Program-made: the position numbers and the translations under genes
DNA from: Camelus dromedarius
Lineage: Eukaryota
Assembly (NCBI RefSeq): GCF_036321535.1
Contig: NC_087436.1
Location: 41,356,001 to 41,420,000, forward strand
Direction: 5' to 3'
DNA: 64,000 nt
Notes under the pieces: model-generated
Told to the model about the DNA's origin: nothing
What the model saw: only the letters and a program-made list of their open reading frames with translations
Databases searched by the model: none
Shown: positions 50,278 to 64,000 of the stretch, piece by piece
Position numbering within the stretch: position 1 is the first letter of the stretch
Layout: the number at the start of each line of letters is the position of its first letter

Positions 50278-51779
50278 GTTTCCAAATGCTGGAAACTAAA
50301 TAACACACTTCTAAATAATCCATCGGTAAAAGAAGAAATCAAATGAAGATTACAATATATTTTGAACAGAATAAAAGTGAAAACAATCTATCAAAATTTT
50401 GGAGATGCTATTAAAGCAGTAGCTAAATGACATTTTATAACACTGAATGCCTACAGTATTAAAGAACAAAAGTTTCAAAGCCATTACCTCATTTTCCTCC
50501 ATTTCCACAGATTGCAGTCAATAAAATGGAAACCAGAAAATGATCAATAGATAAAATTGATAAAATCAAAAGCTGATTCTTTTGGAAAAAAATACAAGTG
50601 ATAAACCTTTAGCCAAACTGATCAGGGAAAAAAAACATGAGACATATAAAACCAATCAGGAATGAGAAAGATCATGTCTTTGCAGATTCTAGATATATTA
50701 AAAGGATAATGAGGTATATTGTGCCTAGTTATGCAAAAGATATTTTATGCCAAATTAGATGAAATGGATACATTTATGAAAAGATATAAATTACAAAATC
50801 TCATTCTAGAAGAGACAGATAACCTTCATGGCCTTATGTCTATTGCAATATTAATTTTTACTGAAAGTCTTCTTTAAAGAGCTCTTTAGGCCCTGGTAGT
50901 GAATTTTACCAACCATTTTGAGGAGAAATAATACCAATTTTGTACGAACTCTTGCAGAAAATTAAAGAAGAAGAAATATTTCCAGACTCATTTCACAAAT
51001 CAGCATCACTCTGATAAAAACAAAACTACAGAACAAATTTCTATATGAACTTTGAGGTGAGAATTCTAGAAGAAAATTAAGTAAATCAAATCCAGCAATA
51101 TATTAAAAAGATAATACATCATAAGCAAATGAGGTTTACCCAGAGAATGTGAGATATGGTTAATGTTTTGAAATCAATGCATGCAGTTCACCGTTTAAAA
51201 TAATTAAAAAGAAAGGTGGTATGATAATACCAATAGACACAGGAAAATACTTGGCAAAATACAGCATATATTCCTGATAAAAACTTTCAAGCAAGCTAGG
51301 AATAGATGGAAATATACTGAAATAAAAATAGGGCATTGTGAAAAATGTACAGTTAACCAGATATTTAATGTTGAAGAATGAAAGCTTTCTCCCTAAGTTC
51401 AGGAAGGTAGCAAGGATATTTATTCTCATCAGTTCTATTACACATTTGAATTCTAATCAGGTAGTAGGTAAGAGAACTAGATAACCAACAGCCAAGTTCC
51501 AAAGAAAGAAGTAAAGTTTTCTTAATTTGCTGATGCTATAATAGTCTATGTAGAACATCTGTAACAATTTCCTAAAAAGCAAATAGAAGTAGTAAGTTTG
51601 GCCAGATTGTAGGATATGAGATCATTATACAGAAATCAATTGTATTTATCAATTCCAAAGACAAACATAAACTGAAGAAAAAATACCTTTTGCAAGAGCT
51701 TCAAAATATGATATATAAACCTTTGTTCACGTATAACTTGGCAAAAGATACATAATAAGATCTATACACTGAAAACATA

Positions 51780-52150
51780 CGCATGGATTAACAGGAAGCA
51801 CATGATTCTTGGTAAGGGACAGAGATTGTTTATTACTCACTGGGGGAAAAAAACAGCAGCCAGAGCAATATCTTGTATCTCTTCCCTGAGTTTCCATCCT
51901 GAGAGAAGAGAGGGGAGAGGGGAGATTTGGAATGTTAGCAAATCTTATCTGAAGAGGGAAGAAAAATATCTTTATATCTTTTTATTTGCTTCTTCTCTGG
52001 AATATCTCCAGGAAAGGGGACTTGTAATCTTTACTATTCTGGAATGTCTTATACAAATTCAGATATTCTTTAACTATCTGGAAGTGCCAGCACTTGAAGG
52101 CACCAGATCATGCAGAAAGATGAAATAATCATGGGTGAATGTGGGTCGAC
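51780..52150 (-). mobile_element. ERV LTR fragment (unassigned) within L1
   Basis: tttattactcac (minus-strand AATAAA) followed by cagcagccagagc; composition differs from the flanking L1. Confidence 0.5.
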
Positions 52151-54849
52151 ATCTTTAAAAAAAAAAATAAACTTCGCTTCATATTTTTGCATCAAATAAA
52201 AGTTAACTCAAAGTGAATCATAATATTAAATTTAAAGCATAAAACCAAAAATCTTATTAAAGGAACTCAGGAAAAAAATCTTTGTGATCTTGAGTTAGGC
52301 CATTACTTCTTAGATATGACTCTAAAATCACAATCTATAAAAGAACAAACTGGTAATTAGGAAATCAGTTTTTCTTACAAAAATCTGCTCTTCAAAAACT
52401 GTTAAATAAATAAAAAGTAAAAACTGAGTGGGAGAAATTATCACATGCCATATATCTGATAAAGGACTTGTATCTAGAATATATGAAGAACTATCAAAAC
52501 TCAATACTAAGGAAATAAAACTAGACATTCTACCAAAGAAGGAATGCTACAAGGCTGGCAAATAAAAATAACGGGATAATCAATATTAGTGTGTAGGGAA
52601 ATGAAAACTACACAATGGAATATCATTGCTCACCCGTTAGAATGCCTAAAATTTAAAAAGGCTGACCTTGCCAAGAATTGGTAAGAATGTGGAGAAACTA
52701 TACCTCTCTGTTGTTGGAAATGTAAATGGTAAACAACCTCGGAAAGTGGTTTCATAGTTCCTTAAAAATGTAAACATACGTTTGATCAGCTGTTCAACTT
52801 TCAGGTCTTTATCCAGTCAGCTCTCTCCATGAAGTTACTTGGCTACAAAAGTAATTCCATTCTTTCACCCCAATCCTAGCTGTGGAAATGATGTGCTATA
52901 ATTTCCATGGAAATGGACTCTGGGTATTGTCAAATTGAGGCGTACTCAACAGTACTTTATTTTCTTTGACTTTGTTAGACCAATGAAAAACCAAAATTTC
53001 TATTTTGTCACTCTCGTGGAAGTGGTTAAATTATGTTACCTGGACATGTCTTTTTTGGCTTTCCTATATTTGTCAGAAATACTGGATGTAACTATTGTTT
53101 TAACTTTTGTCAAACTCAAGAGAACTGGATAAAAGTACCTAATTTTCTCTGAACCTGTAAGGAAATTCCTTTGCATGCATTCCCCACTTTCCAGAATCAC
53201 TCAGGGAGGGTTGCAGCAGAGGATATTACTCCTATCCTCTGTCTGATTTGTCTAATTCTTTGTTTTCCTTTAGTCCTCTTCAGATTATCAAAATAGGAAG
53301 AAGTTGTGAAAACACATTCTGTGTATACTTCATTCAGTTTTAAATCCTTCCCAGTTCTCTGTACTATCCTAAGATTTTTTTTTTCTCTTGTTGTTTCACC
53401 TCTGTGGAATCATCTTTCCTAAACTCAACAAGGGTATATTATACAATTTTTTGTTTTCAACTGCATGATTTTTTCTGTATTATTACCTGTTCTTTAACAC
53501 TAATCAAAAAGGAGGTGATTAAAGGGAAAGAGAAGTAACAGACAGACAGAGAGCCAATGAAAAAGAGAGCGTGCTCCTTGAACAAATCTCACTTCACAGT
53601 GTCCCCTGGTGGGGGTGGGGGCAAGTCTGCAAATACAGTCAGTCATTATGGCCCCATTTCTTGAAAATTTAATATGAATTGAAAGCTCAGCAACTAGTAA
53701 AAAAAACTCATAATAGGTTTCTGTCTCATGAACGAAAGGCTATTATGGTAAGAACTATCAAGTGGAAAATACTGGTACCCAACAAAAGTAGCAAATCAAT
53801 ATCAATACAGTATGTTCCAGAGGGCTGCAATGTTTATTTCTGCCAGAATACCATTATAGATGGCAAAGGTTTCCATTTCAATCAGAGGTCCCTTCAATTC
53901 TCAAGTTTAAGAAAAGCAAAAACTGATAGGTTTGGGAGTGACATGGGATAAGCTTTTTTAGGTGATAAATCCAATTCCATCTGCTATACTAGGTGTGGGC
54001 TCCTTAGTAGAGAAAATCAGTACAGATTCTGACATTTGATCAGGTGAATTATTTTTCTCGCTTCTGATAAACAGAAAAATATGAAGATATCATAAGTGTT
54101 AAGCAGCACTATTCTGTTCAGTGTAATAAGACATGTAAAATTATTTGTTAATAATCAACAATAAAATTAACAGAACTGTCTAGAATAAGACATTTTCATA
54201 TTGCTGAGACATAAGATGATATACAAAATTCAATAGTCTGCTAAAACATGGACTACATACTTCAAGAAAATAAAAAATATGTACATAGAATGTGAGTTTG
54301 TGAGTATGTATTTGTATATTGTGTATCTTATTCAAAAGATAGACTATTGAATATACAAAATAAAAACTTTGAAGAAATGAACTCACAAAATTTAATGAGC
54401 TCTATAAATGTATATCTAAGTCTCCAGTGATGTCAGTTTCTAAAATAATAGTGTTTTATATTTTAATTTTAAAATATTATTGATGTACTATAGAAAGCAC
54501 AATGAGGACTTTGAAGAAAGATAATAGAGGGGGTATAATTGGTTTCTTGTTGCTCAAGGTAAGATTTATTGCTTGTTGATGACTCAGTTCCATCAACAGG
54601 GTCAAAAAAATAAATAAACACAGAGTAAATTTGCCCTACCCTCAAGAAGAAACAAGAGTGAACCTAACACTTAAAGAAAAACTAAAGTTTTGTACTCTCA
54701 TTGTAAGGATGAAGGGGAAGTCCCAGACCTACTCCTTTCTCCTTTAATAAGCACCAAAATGACTGGCATTCACAAACTCTGAACTGTAATATAGTTTAAT
54801 GGTATCTTTTATCTGATTATTTCAGAAGACCACCAACTCCAACCTCATT

Positions 54850-55675
54850 TCCCATACTTTAGCTCTGTAATTTCCATACATACTCTATGGTTTCCCATTC
54901 TCCCAACATTCAACTCCTGAAACCTTCACCATTCATTACTAGATTCATAATGTTTTCCACCACTTCTCTGAGTATTTCCTTATAGTTCTTACTCTGGAAA
55001 TCTATTGCTTCCCTAAAAACACTTCCCATGAATCCCTTTAATTTTTGTTCCATTTCCCCCCTTGATTCTTGTACCATTGAACTTGGATGTAGTTAAGGGG
55101 TCACCTTGCTTCTCATGGTCACTTTCCAAGTAATCTTTCTCATAATCCTCAATGGTTAGGTAGGTGCTTTTAGTTTTGAATCTCACATTGTCAGATTATA
55201 TTACATATGATACCTATTATTGTTGCTATCAGGTACTACCCACCAGGATATTCCCCTTATTTTTCAATGTCTTTAGTCCTTGGCTGAGTGTATTCATCCT
55301 GATACTCTTCTGTCTCAATTATTGGCAACTTCACTCTACACATAAATAATTCTTCTGGCATTCTTGACACTCATTTCTTTGAATTCCTCTCCTCTGATGA
55401 CCAGTTCTTTTCCTTACCTCAGCGTTTGCTCCCGGAGTGCATACAAAGCCTGAAAATTTACTGTAGCCTTAAGTTCATGTGTGTCAACCTGGAAAACACT
55501 GTATTTTCAACTCACTCTCTTTTGAAATCTGACTCCAAAAATTGTTCTCTCACGTAGTATCTCTAACCTATTGATCCTGTCTCTTTAGCATTGTTCTTCA
55601 CCTTCTTGAATCTTCTCACTCTTCCTTGGTCAGTTTAAACAGCACAATACCTTGTACATACCTTCTACTCCCTTG
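54850..55675 (+). mobile_element. L2 ORF2-region fragment
   Basis: C/T-rich sense L2 pattern (ctctggaaatctattgcttccct, ggcaacttcact, cctctcctctgatgacc). Confidence 0.55.
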
Positions 55676-55949
55676 CCCTGTTGAAGGAAGAGAACATTAT
55701 TCAATATCTGAAACAAAAAGCTGGATTTATTGCCTCTAATCAAGAGAGAACTATGTTTGTAATACTATGTTTCTGAATGAAGCAAACTATAGAAATTTGT
55801 AAGATTTGAAGAAGTATGGAGTTTAGAAGGTGTAACATGTATTTTCACTAGGAATGCTAAAATATTGTTTTTCATATGAATAACTTTAGTCTGTCTTGGG
55901 AAGTATACAATATGATATAGAAACCCAACTTCATCTTATTTCATATTGA

Positions 55950-57550
55950 TAACACATTTCCAACTCTATTAATAACCACTTTTTCTTGTATGCAATATAA
56001 GAAATGGTATGAAATGAAATATCTTTTCATGGACTAAAATTTCACACGTGTGTTTGTGTCCCTTAGATTTCTGATTTATTTCTTTGTCTGACTTGATATT
56101 TATATACTTATAACCCAGTATCTTAACTATTAATGCATCTTGTTAAGGTATGTATTCTGATAGGACAAGTTATCCTCCTTGATCATCTTCTTAAGGTCCT
56201 TTTGATATTTTTTTGTTCCTTAACTCTGTCACATAAAATTTAAAACCATGACTTCCAGCTCCAGAAAAACCTTATTGAAACTTTTATTGTAATATTATTT
56301 GATCTGCAGTTTTATTTGGGAAGAATTGACATGTTTGTGTGATATTGCTTTCCTACCTATGGATATTACATAAAGACATATACAATATTAATATATTAAT
56401 ACATAGTAATACTACAGAATATATATTAATAATAACATTATATCATTATATATGTGTGTGTGTATAAATATATATATAATTTATTTAAGTTTTATTTTTA
56501 ATCCCAATAATCTTTGATAATTTTTCTAGTGGATATGGTCACATTTTTATTAGATAAATTTCCATGAAATTATATACTCAAATACTGCAGTAAATAGTAT
56601 GCAATATACAAGTAGGTTATTTATTTACTGTAAATGTAAAAAATGCAATTGACATTGTATATTGTTTGTATATCCAACTGATTTGCTAAACACTACTGTT
56701 AGTTTTAAAGTATCTCTAGATTCTTTGGGGTTTAATTATTGAATAATAATAGTATATGGAAGTAATAAATTTTGTTTACTCTTTTCCAAACCTCTAACTT
56801 AACTACTTTTTCTTGCTTTATTGAACTGACTAGTTCAATATCAGTGTTGAATAGAAGTGATATTAGAGGGCAGCTTTATGTTATTCATGATTTTAAAGGG
56901 AACATTTCTAATCTTTTCCAGTTTAAGACTAATTACTCTAATGTATTAATGTGGTGAATGACACTTACGGATTTTAAAATAGTACACCATACTTGTAAAG
57001 TAGAGTTTAAAAATTTGGTGATTGTGTGTTATCTTTAAAATCACTGTTGGTTTTACTGTATCTTTTTTTTTCTTTTACAATTTTGCAACTTGATACATGT
57101 AAGAAATTGGCCCATGATGCTTTGCCTGGTTTTTTAACTAGGTTAAGCTTATCTCATTGACTGAGTTGCAAAGAGTCTTTTCATTTTTTTTCCAAAAATA
57201 TAATATAAAATTAATATGAGCATTTCTTGAAGTTAGGTGGATTTCTCATGTGAAATTCTCTGAATCTGTTATTTTCTTTCTGTGCAGCCATTTAACTACT
57301 GCTTATATTTATTAAATACTTTTAGGACAGTTCAAGCCTTTTTATTTAATCTTGAATAAGTTTTGTTGACGTATTTTCTAGGCATTTTCCCATTTAAATT
57401 TTGGCTTAAAAATTGTTGGCATGTAGTCATTGATAATATTCTCCCACTATCTCTTCCATCTCTAATGCATCTGTAGTAATCTCTATCCCTCTTTGTGCAT
57501 ATGTTATGTATTTCTCTGTTCTGTCATTCTTGAAAAAAAAATTTTCTTTT
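55950..57550 (-). mobile_element. Old L1ME-type fragments, antisense
   Basis: tttatttgggaagaattgacat, aatgcaattgacattgtatattg, ttttcttgctttattgaactgactag, tgattttaaagggaacatttctaa. Confidence 0.75.
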
Positions 57551-59954
57551 ATGATAGACATTTTTGAGCTTTTTAAATGCTACAATTTTCTCTAGAAGAA
57601 TGTAAGATTAGGAATCTGGCATGAATTTAAATTTTTACTCACCTTAATGTATTAGAGTTTTTCAGATTCAGTGTGAACTGTATGAAAATAAAACTTGGCA
57701 TTTAATTTCCAGAGACAGTAGAGTTTAAAATATAGTCGATATTTCTTAATAGGAAAATTACAAAGAATTCAGAAAGACCACCTCATAACTCTCCAAGTTA
57801 AGGTTAAGACAAATAGAAAGAGAGATAATATCAGTGAAATTGAAAGTAGAGATATACCTGAGTGGTTTCTGGTCTCCTTATAACTGAAGACATGCCCTGA
57901 AAGACAATTACGTGGAGCTAACTATATTTTCAGTCCCAAAGGGTATTGGATTTAGTGATGCACACTATTTTTTAAAAATCAGAGATAGTGGTTAATCCAA
58001 TACTATTAACAGCAAATAATTTGATTACTAAAAATATTTGGTTGTCAAAAAGAGTCATAGAAGTGAGTAACAATGATATCTGCTTCCTTTTTTGGCTGTC
58101 CTTTCCTGTTCAAGCTGCCAACGAATATTTAAATAATGTAGCTATTGGGGAAAAAGACCATAATATACTTAAGACAAGAACAGTACATGATCACAATAAT
58201 TTTTTAGGCTACTAAAGCAGTAATGAGTGAGAAATTAGAGGAAATAATGTATTAAAAGTTCTAAGTAAAAAATGAAAATGGAAAAAAAAAAACCTGTGCA
58301 TTGCAACATTGGTTTTTATTTTAAAGAATCCATAGTTCTTCCTCCACTCAAAACTCCACTCCATATGAGTAATATTTTCCATGTCTATGAAAATATATAA
58401 CAACTTCAGCACCACTTATTAAGAAAAAATTACCCTTCCTCACAAAGGTGTATTTTTAATTCTTGATTTAGCTTATATTTACTCTCAACTTCACAATCTA
58501 CTGTTTTGTACACCTAGTATAAAATAAACAATGCCACTCTGATACCCACAATTTGAATCAGGTTTCAGATGGATAACAGTATGATCTTGCCCAAATGATA
58601 ACTTCAAAATGCTGTAAAGTTTTACTAAATTTATTCAGTTTTAACATTTAAAGTCTAGTTTAAAGCATTTGAATTTATCAAACTTCTAATTATTAAAAAA
58701 TATGCATTAGTATTTATCCCAAGTTAATGATTTAGTTTATTAATATACATGTTGATAAGAAATGTGTTAGATAATTCCTTACTATTATTAATGGAAACTT
58801 TTCTTATTACCACCCAGTAGAGAAGTTCAGAAAACATAATCCCAGTTAATTTGCTCTATCTGGAATGCTGCTTTTTAAACAAATCCAAGCTTTTATGGTC
58901 TTTTTTTATAAAATTAAATTACATAAATCAGTAAATAAAATGAAACATATAGGGTAATTAATAATAATGTGATCATAATTTGATATATAAACAATTTAAA
59001 TAGATTTGAGAGAGTGGATATAACAAAAATTGAACTTTTTAAACTTATTATATACAGAAAAGTAAAATAACAGATTTGAAAGTAGTGATTAAATTTAAAC
59101 ATTCTCATGAACTATATATATACATATATATTATACATATAAATACAAGTTCAACAATAAATGGAAAAATTCCAATTTAATACGATGCCTAATGCATCTT
59201 CTGTCAATTTACCTTTATAATAACCATGATGACATATAATAAAGGAAAATCCAATCCATGAACTTGGAAGAAAAATCAAGTGGAGATAAAATGAAAATGC
59301 CTGGGGAAGTTTTCTGCTAATCACAACATTAGTAATTGAAATTCAACTACAAGGTCCACACCCTTATGTGTAAATAGACAAGATACTTCAGTGTAGGCAG
59401 AGATGGACATTGATTCATTCCCATTGTTTCATTCTAACTTGAGATTGTAGGATATATAATAACTGGAATATTAAGAAATCATACCTACATGTGTTGGAGC
59501 TATCTTGCAAGCTAGAGAGTCTTTCAACCCACAATCCATGTATTCATCAGAATTAGTTCTTTTAATTTACCAACTGTTTAGAGGCATTTATGTTTATAAT
59601 AACATTTGAAGTGGAGAGGAATTTGATAACATGTGTTGTATCCTGGTACTCATAGCCCCAGGGTAAATAGTTGCATGACAATGCAAAGATCAAAACAAGA
59701 GAAGGTTTTAAAATGATTATATTAGTAAAAGAAAGTTTATTAAGCTGAACCTATTCTCTAGTCTTGTCAGAGGACCAAATGGTCAGGATATACCACAGAA
59801 CACCAGTATATGGATGCATGGTAGGCTAAATAAATAATTTCAGTTGAGGAATGTATTTGATAGAACAGTGCTCAAACCATGTAAGCTGAAAGTGAAGGAA
59901 GCTAAGGATATCCCACTGGTGTTGCCTATTGAAAACCATCAGGCCTGAACAGAA

Positions 59955-60537
59955 ATGTGTACAGTTAAAATATTGACAGGCCAGCCAGCCCTAGAGTAAT
60001 CTCATGTTTATACCCTAAAACACCCCCTCCTCTTGAGTATGGGAAGCTCCTGTACCTAGAGTATGTCAGTGTTGGCATGATGTCATCCTCATGTTTTTGC
60101 TATGCTGTTTATAGGCTCTGTCACATTAGTATGAATGAGAAAAAAGACTCTCTCCTTTATTGGCTTTGAAAAATGAGCTGCCTTGTTGTGGGTGGGCCAG
60201 TGGAGAGGGACAGATTCCAAGGAAATGTGGGAACTCAGTGGTTCCTTGCCAATAGCCAGAGAGAAAATGGAAGTTTATTCTTCCAGACACAAAGAGATGG
60301 ATTCTGCCAACCACCCCGTGGAAGCTTGAAGGCAGATCTTTACCCAGACAATTATCTGATGTGATGATAACCCTGGCTCCACCTTGAATGCAGTCTTGTG
60401 AGACACTACAGTAGAGAACACAGCTAAGCTGTGTGCCCAGAACTCTGACCTATAGAAACTGTAAGATAAGAAGGATGTGTGGTTTTAAGCTTCTGTGTTT
60501 GTGGTAATTTGTTTCACAGCAAGAGACAACTAGTGCA
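59955..60537 (+). mobile_element. MaLR LTR, MLT1F-like
   Basis: ccctcctcttgagtatggg...ggattctgccaaccacc...gcttgaaggcagatc...gaaactgtaagata...ggtaatttgtttcacagcaagagacaactagtgca. Confidence 0.88.
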
Positions 60538-60944
60538 GTGATAAAACCTTTACAAAATAAAAATCATTAATGAGAGAAAAAGTTTCATTTATAACTCAGT
60601 AATAATAGGATTTAGATAAAATCATCTTCTATGAGAAATGAGTAATCATCTTCTATAAGAAATAAGCAAAATATGTAGTTCATAATTTCCTGTAAATATG
60701 AGAGATGTTGCTTTTATGAAACAGAAGCCATAAATGTTTGAAAAAAAAATTCAACAGTTTGAAAAAAGGATATATGTAAAAAGCCAATTTGAAATGTTTT
60801 AAATGGAAGAAAAATAAAATTCAGAGATTGTTAAATACCCTAAACACTGCTTAGATAAAAACAATCAGGGCTTTATAGAAATACAACTAATTTCTTTTAA
60901 GAGTAAATGCAAGGATTTCTCATAGTAGATAGAAGGTTAAATGT

Positions 60945-61214
60945 GACCCGATTACCCTACCTTTAAAAATTTTATCCCTCTCTTACGTTCCATAGCCTTA
61001 TTACCCTGTTTTATTTTGTCACTAAAAATTGTCATCTTCAAATGTATTATATATTTTACTTATTCATTAGGTTTATGAACTCTCTACTCTTACTAGAATA
61101 AAAGTCCCCTGAATGCAGAATTTTGGACTGTTTGTTCATTGATGTACCCCCAAATATCTAAAACAGGGCACGACTCATCTTAAGTAACCAAGAAATATTT
61201 ATCCAATAAATGAA
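60945..61214 (+). mobile_element. L2a 3' end
   Basis: actagaataaaagtcccctgaatgcagaattttggactgtttgttcattgatgtacccc...aaatatttatccaataaatgaa. Confidence 0.8.
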
Positions 61215-62429
61215 AAAAAAAATGTAAAGAGAGAAGGCAGTGGCAAATATTAATGAAACCAGAAGAGATAAAGAACAGAAATTTTAAAAAAACATAGAAA
61301 ACACCCACTGGTATTCAGGAGGTCTTAGTCTACAGCTCATTAAACTCATTAATTTCCTATAAGCACTGATTATGTAGTTGATTCTAATGAGTGCTTTAAA
61401 GTTAAACAATTTGTATGCATATGATGAGGTACAGAAGTTATTTTCCTATTATTTTCAAATGTTCAATTAAACTTTAAGAAACTTCCATTCAGTTACTAAT
61501 TACATTCATTAATTAATAGTATTTGTTTATGATATAATACAAAATCAAATACAATATAAATATTAGTAATATTTATGAAATACCTTGGTCTTTATAAAAT
61601 CACTGATGTAGCATTGCTATTTTCCTAATTTATTTGTTACACATTTTAGATTTGTTTTGATCTAATGCTTATCCAGCCAGATATTTGCTTATCTTTCATT
61701 GTATGGGAATACAGGTTAGGTTAATTCAATTTGATAATTTTATAGTTTGCATTTATTTGATGATTTGGAATAGTTCTCTGCAAAAAAATTTTGTCTTCCT
61801 ATTTATGTTGATATAGCACGTTTTCATTCAGAGCTGTAAATACTTGAAATTCAGCTCCACAGCTGCTCTTCACTTTGCTTAATGTTTTATTTCACGGCCT
61901 GTGTTCTGCATCTTACTGGCTTATAAATTATATTTTTATTCCTTAAGAACATCTGGTATTCTTTCTTTTCATGTTCTAAAATGTGTTCATTTGTCTGAGC
62001 AATATCTTTTGTAGGTTTGGAATACTTTCAATTCTGAGGTTTATTTTAGTTTTGATAATAGTAATTTGGAAGCTATACTTACAGTTAAATATGTTTCTGC
62101 CAGTGACCTCACATTCTGGGAAAGGAAAATACAGGATTTCAGGAAGTATAATTATGCTACAGTGATATCTATTAAAGATAAAATATGATGACACACCGTC
62201 TCTTGTAAATTCCTCAAGTATTACAAAATTTACTAGTAATAGCTATTAAATACTCTTGTTAAAAGCACAGCCCTGCATTTTCTGTTTTTTATTCACATAA
62301 AATTTCAGTGATATCTTTGATGTTACAAATAATCTTAACATGTTTTAGTGGTTATAGATAGCTAAACTCTTAACTTTACTTGTATTCATTAATGTAAATG
62401 ACTGTTCTAGAAACGATCGTATTCTTTAA

Positions 62430-62720
62430 TTAATAATCAATGGACAGATATTTTTTGAATAGCTAGGATACTCAACACCAAGCGTTAAGTTTATGTGGAA
62501 TAGAAAATAAAAAGACTTATTCCTACCATCAGTAATGTTATATTCTACCTGAAGACAGAACTAATACAGAGTTTAATTGCTTATAAATTCCAAAAATATT
62601 CAAAGAATAGAGAAACGAATTGTGCAGTAGACATTTCAAGAAGCCTTAGAGAATGAGGGACTCAGATTTTGAAAGCTATATTATATTAAAATATGAAATG
62701 AAAGGAATGAAAGTGTGAAG
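62430..62720 (-). mobile_element. L2 3' fragment, antisense
   Basis: cagatattttttgaatagcta...aaaagacttattcctaccatcagtaatgttatattcta. Confidence 0.5.
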
Positions 62721-64000
62721 GGCATGGTGAATTTCAATTGTTGATTTAACTACCCCGCTGTAAAAGTCCCGCTTGGAACTATAGCCTAGCTAGTGAGTAT
62801 ATTATAAAAATAAATATGTATAAACATGTTTCACTGTAATATAGGACAGAGGTACATCTGGTATTGCACACCTAAAAGAAATATAATTGATTTTGCATAT
62901 ACCTTTTTTAATTTTATCCATTTTTTCAATTAAAATGATACAATAAAAATTATGAATTTTGATGAAACTATAGTTATTTTTGTTGTAAGAAATACAAATG
63001 TACATATTGGACCACAACTAAAATGAAATTTTTATTAAAGAAAACTCTAGGCATTTATGACTTTAGAATATAAAGGTATCTTTCCAAAATGTTTTATTTA
63101 TAAAGATTTGTGATTTTTATATTTATTTTGTAAAAATAACATTAGTATATGCAGTGTGCATTGATGTTTGTATACTTTTAATTATGCTTACTGCATGTTC
63201 AGAATTTTTAAGTTATATAATACATTTTAAAATATTTTTGAGACAGGAAACAATAGAAATATGTTTAGAAAAACTCATGCCAGAAAAGACCAATGGTTCC
63301 TGTATTTTAAATATGTAACTTTTATATTTATTTACTTAACATCATAGTTGACACATTATTTTAATCTTGGAAAATTAACAAATTCACCATAAAACCCCTT
63401 TAAAAACTTTTATCAGGATTTGGGCAATGTAGTTAGTATCTAGCATATGATTTTACATGCCTTGATTAACTGTTCTCTTCCTCAGACTTAATGATTTATT
63501 TGATTGAAAATCTTATTAAATAAAGGAGTAGTACCACCTTTGTCATATATAATGTTTTGATGCCTACCTGTTGTTTTCACGAGGCCCATCCCAGAGCTAT
63601 AGTCAAAATGCAGCTGAGAATTCACAAAGAACTTGGCCTTTCTATCCTAAAGTTTAGGGCACATAATAACATGGAGGCTGCTGTCTGGCTCCCACTTTGT
63701 GATTTTCAAATAAGGGAGACAGACTAGGGTGACAGAATAAAGAGAAAGGGCAGAGGTAGTCAGCCTGAGCTACCAGTGTTTGGCATATGTTGTACAACAT
63801 AGCATGTACTGTACATTTCCTATGTACCTGCTAGATTCAGAAGAAGATAAGATACTTGGACAATCACTATAGTACCCACGAAAAAAGGGCAGCCTTCTTG
63901 TGTTAAGACCCCAGAAATTACAGCCTGTAAAAACAAAGAGAGTACATTCCCCAAGACAATAGTGCAGTATTCTCTGAAGAACTCACATCTCCATCCCAAA

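Larger units (their letters stand above)
46930..52810 (+). mobile_element. Long degenerate L1 (5'UTR, ORF1 and ORF2 segments) with nested elements
   Basis: Collinear ORF1 (ggattaacagtagattaga) and ORF2 motifs (aaaaatagacaaatccacaatt, aaatcaaatccagcaata, aatcaattgtattt, tctgataaaggacttgtatctagaatatat). Confidence 0.85.

Noticed and set aside
54494..54558. Possible 65-nt plus-strand exon ending AAG|GTAAGA
   Set aside because: Acceptor lacks a convincing pyrimidine tract; peptide not recognised.
57834..57848. ISRE/IRF-like motif gtgaaattgaaagt
   Set aside because: Single short A-rich motif, expected by chance at this base composition.
60620..60667. 24-bp tandem duplication (similar 15-bp duplication at 25137-25170)
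   Set aside because: Ordinary two-copy slippage duplications; no array or spacer structure.
1..64000. CRISPR arrays, operons or prokaryotic defence systems
   Set aside because: The sequence is mammalian repeat-rich DNA; no regularly spaced repeats or long ORFs are present.

Overview
AT-rich, CpG-depleted mammalian genomic DNA, most likely camelid (alpaca/camel/llama). That inference rests on two tRNA-derived SINEs resembling the camelid Vic-1 family and on cetartiodactyl-type L1 3' ends. Much of the window is decayed interspersed repeat (L1, L2, MaLR MLT1, MLT2/ERVL LTRs, hAT DNA transposons, MIR). I found no intact, recognisable protein-coding gene; the only recognisable protein homology outside L1 is an RPLP1 processed pseudogene (6174-6680), which sits in a three-layer nested insertion. 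The most notable signals are: (1) a lone ~430-bp CpG-rich island (~9970-10400) that looks LTR-derived, carries ETS/E2F-type motifs and has outward-facing splice donors, i.e. a candidate exapted promoter; (2) several small candidate exons in repeat-poor DNA on both strands; (3) a SINE whose target-site duplication encloses ~100 bp of extra non-SINE sequence; (4) a probable LTR-internal-LTR MaLR element with nested insertions. Repeat family names come from recalled consensus sequences, not from a database search, and boundaries are approximate. I see no firm evidence of a novel biological system; the findings are hypotheses to test.
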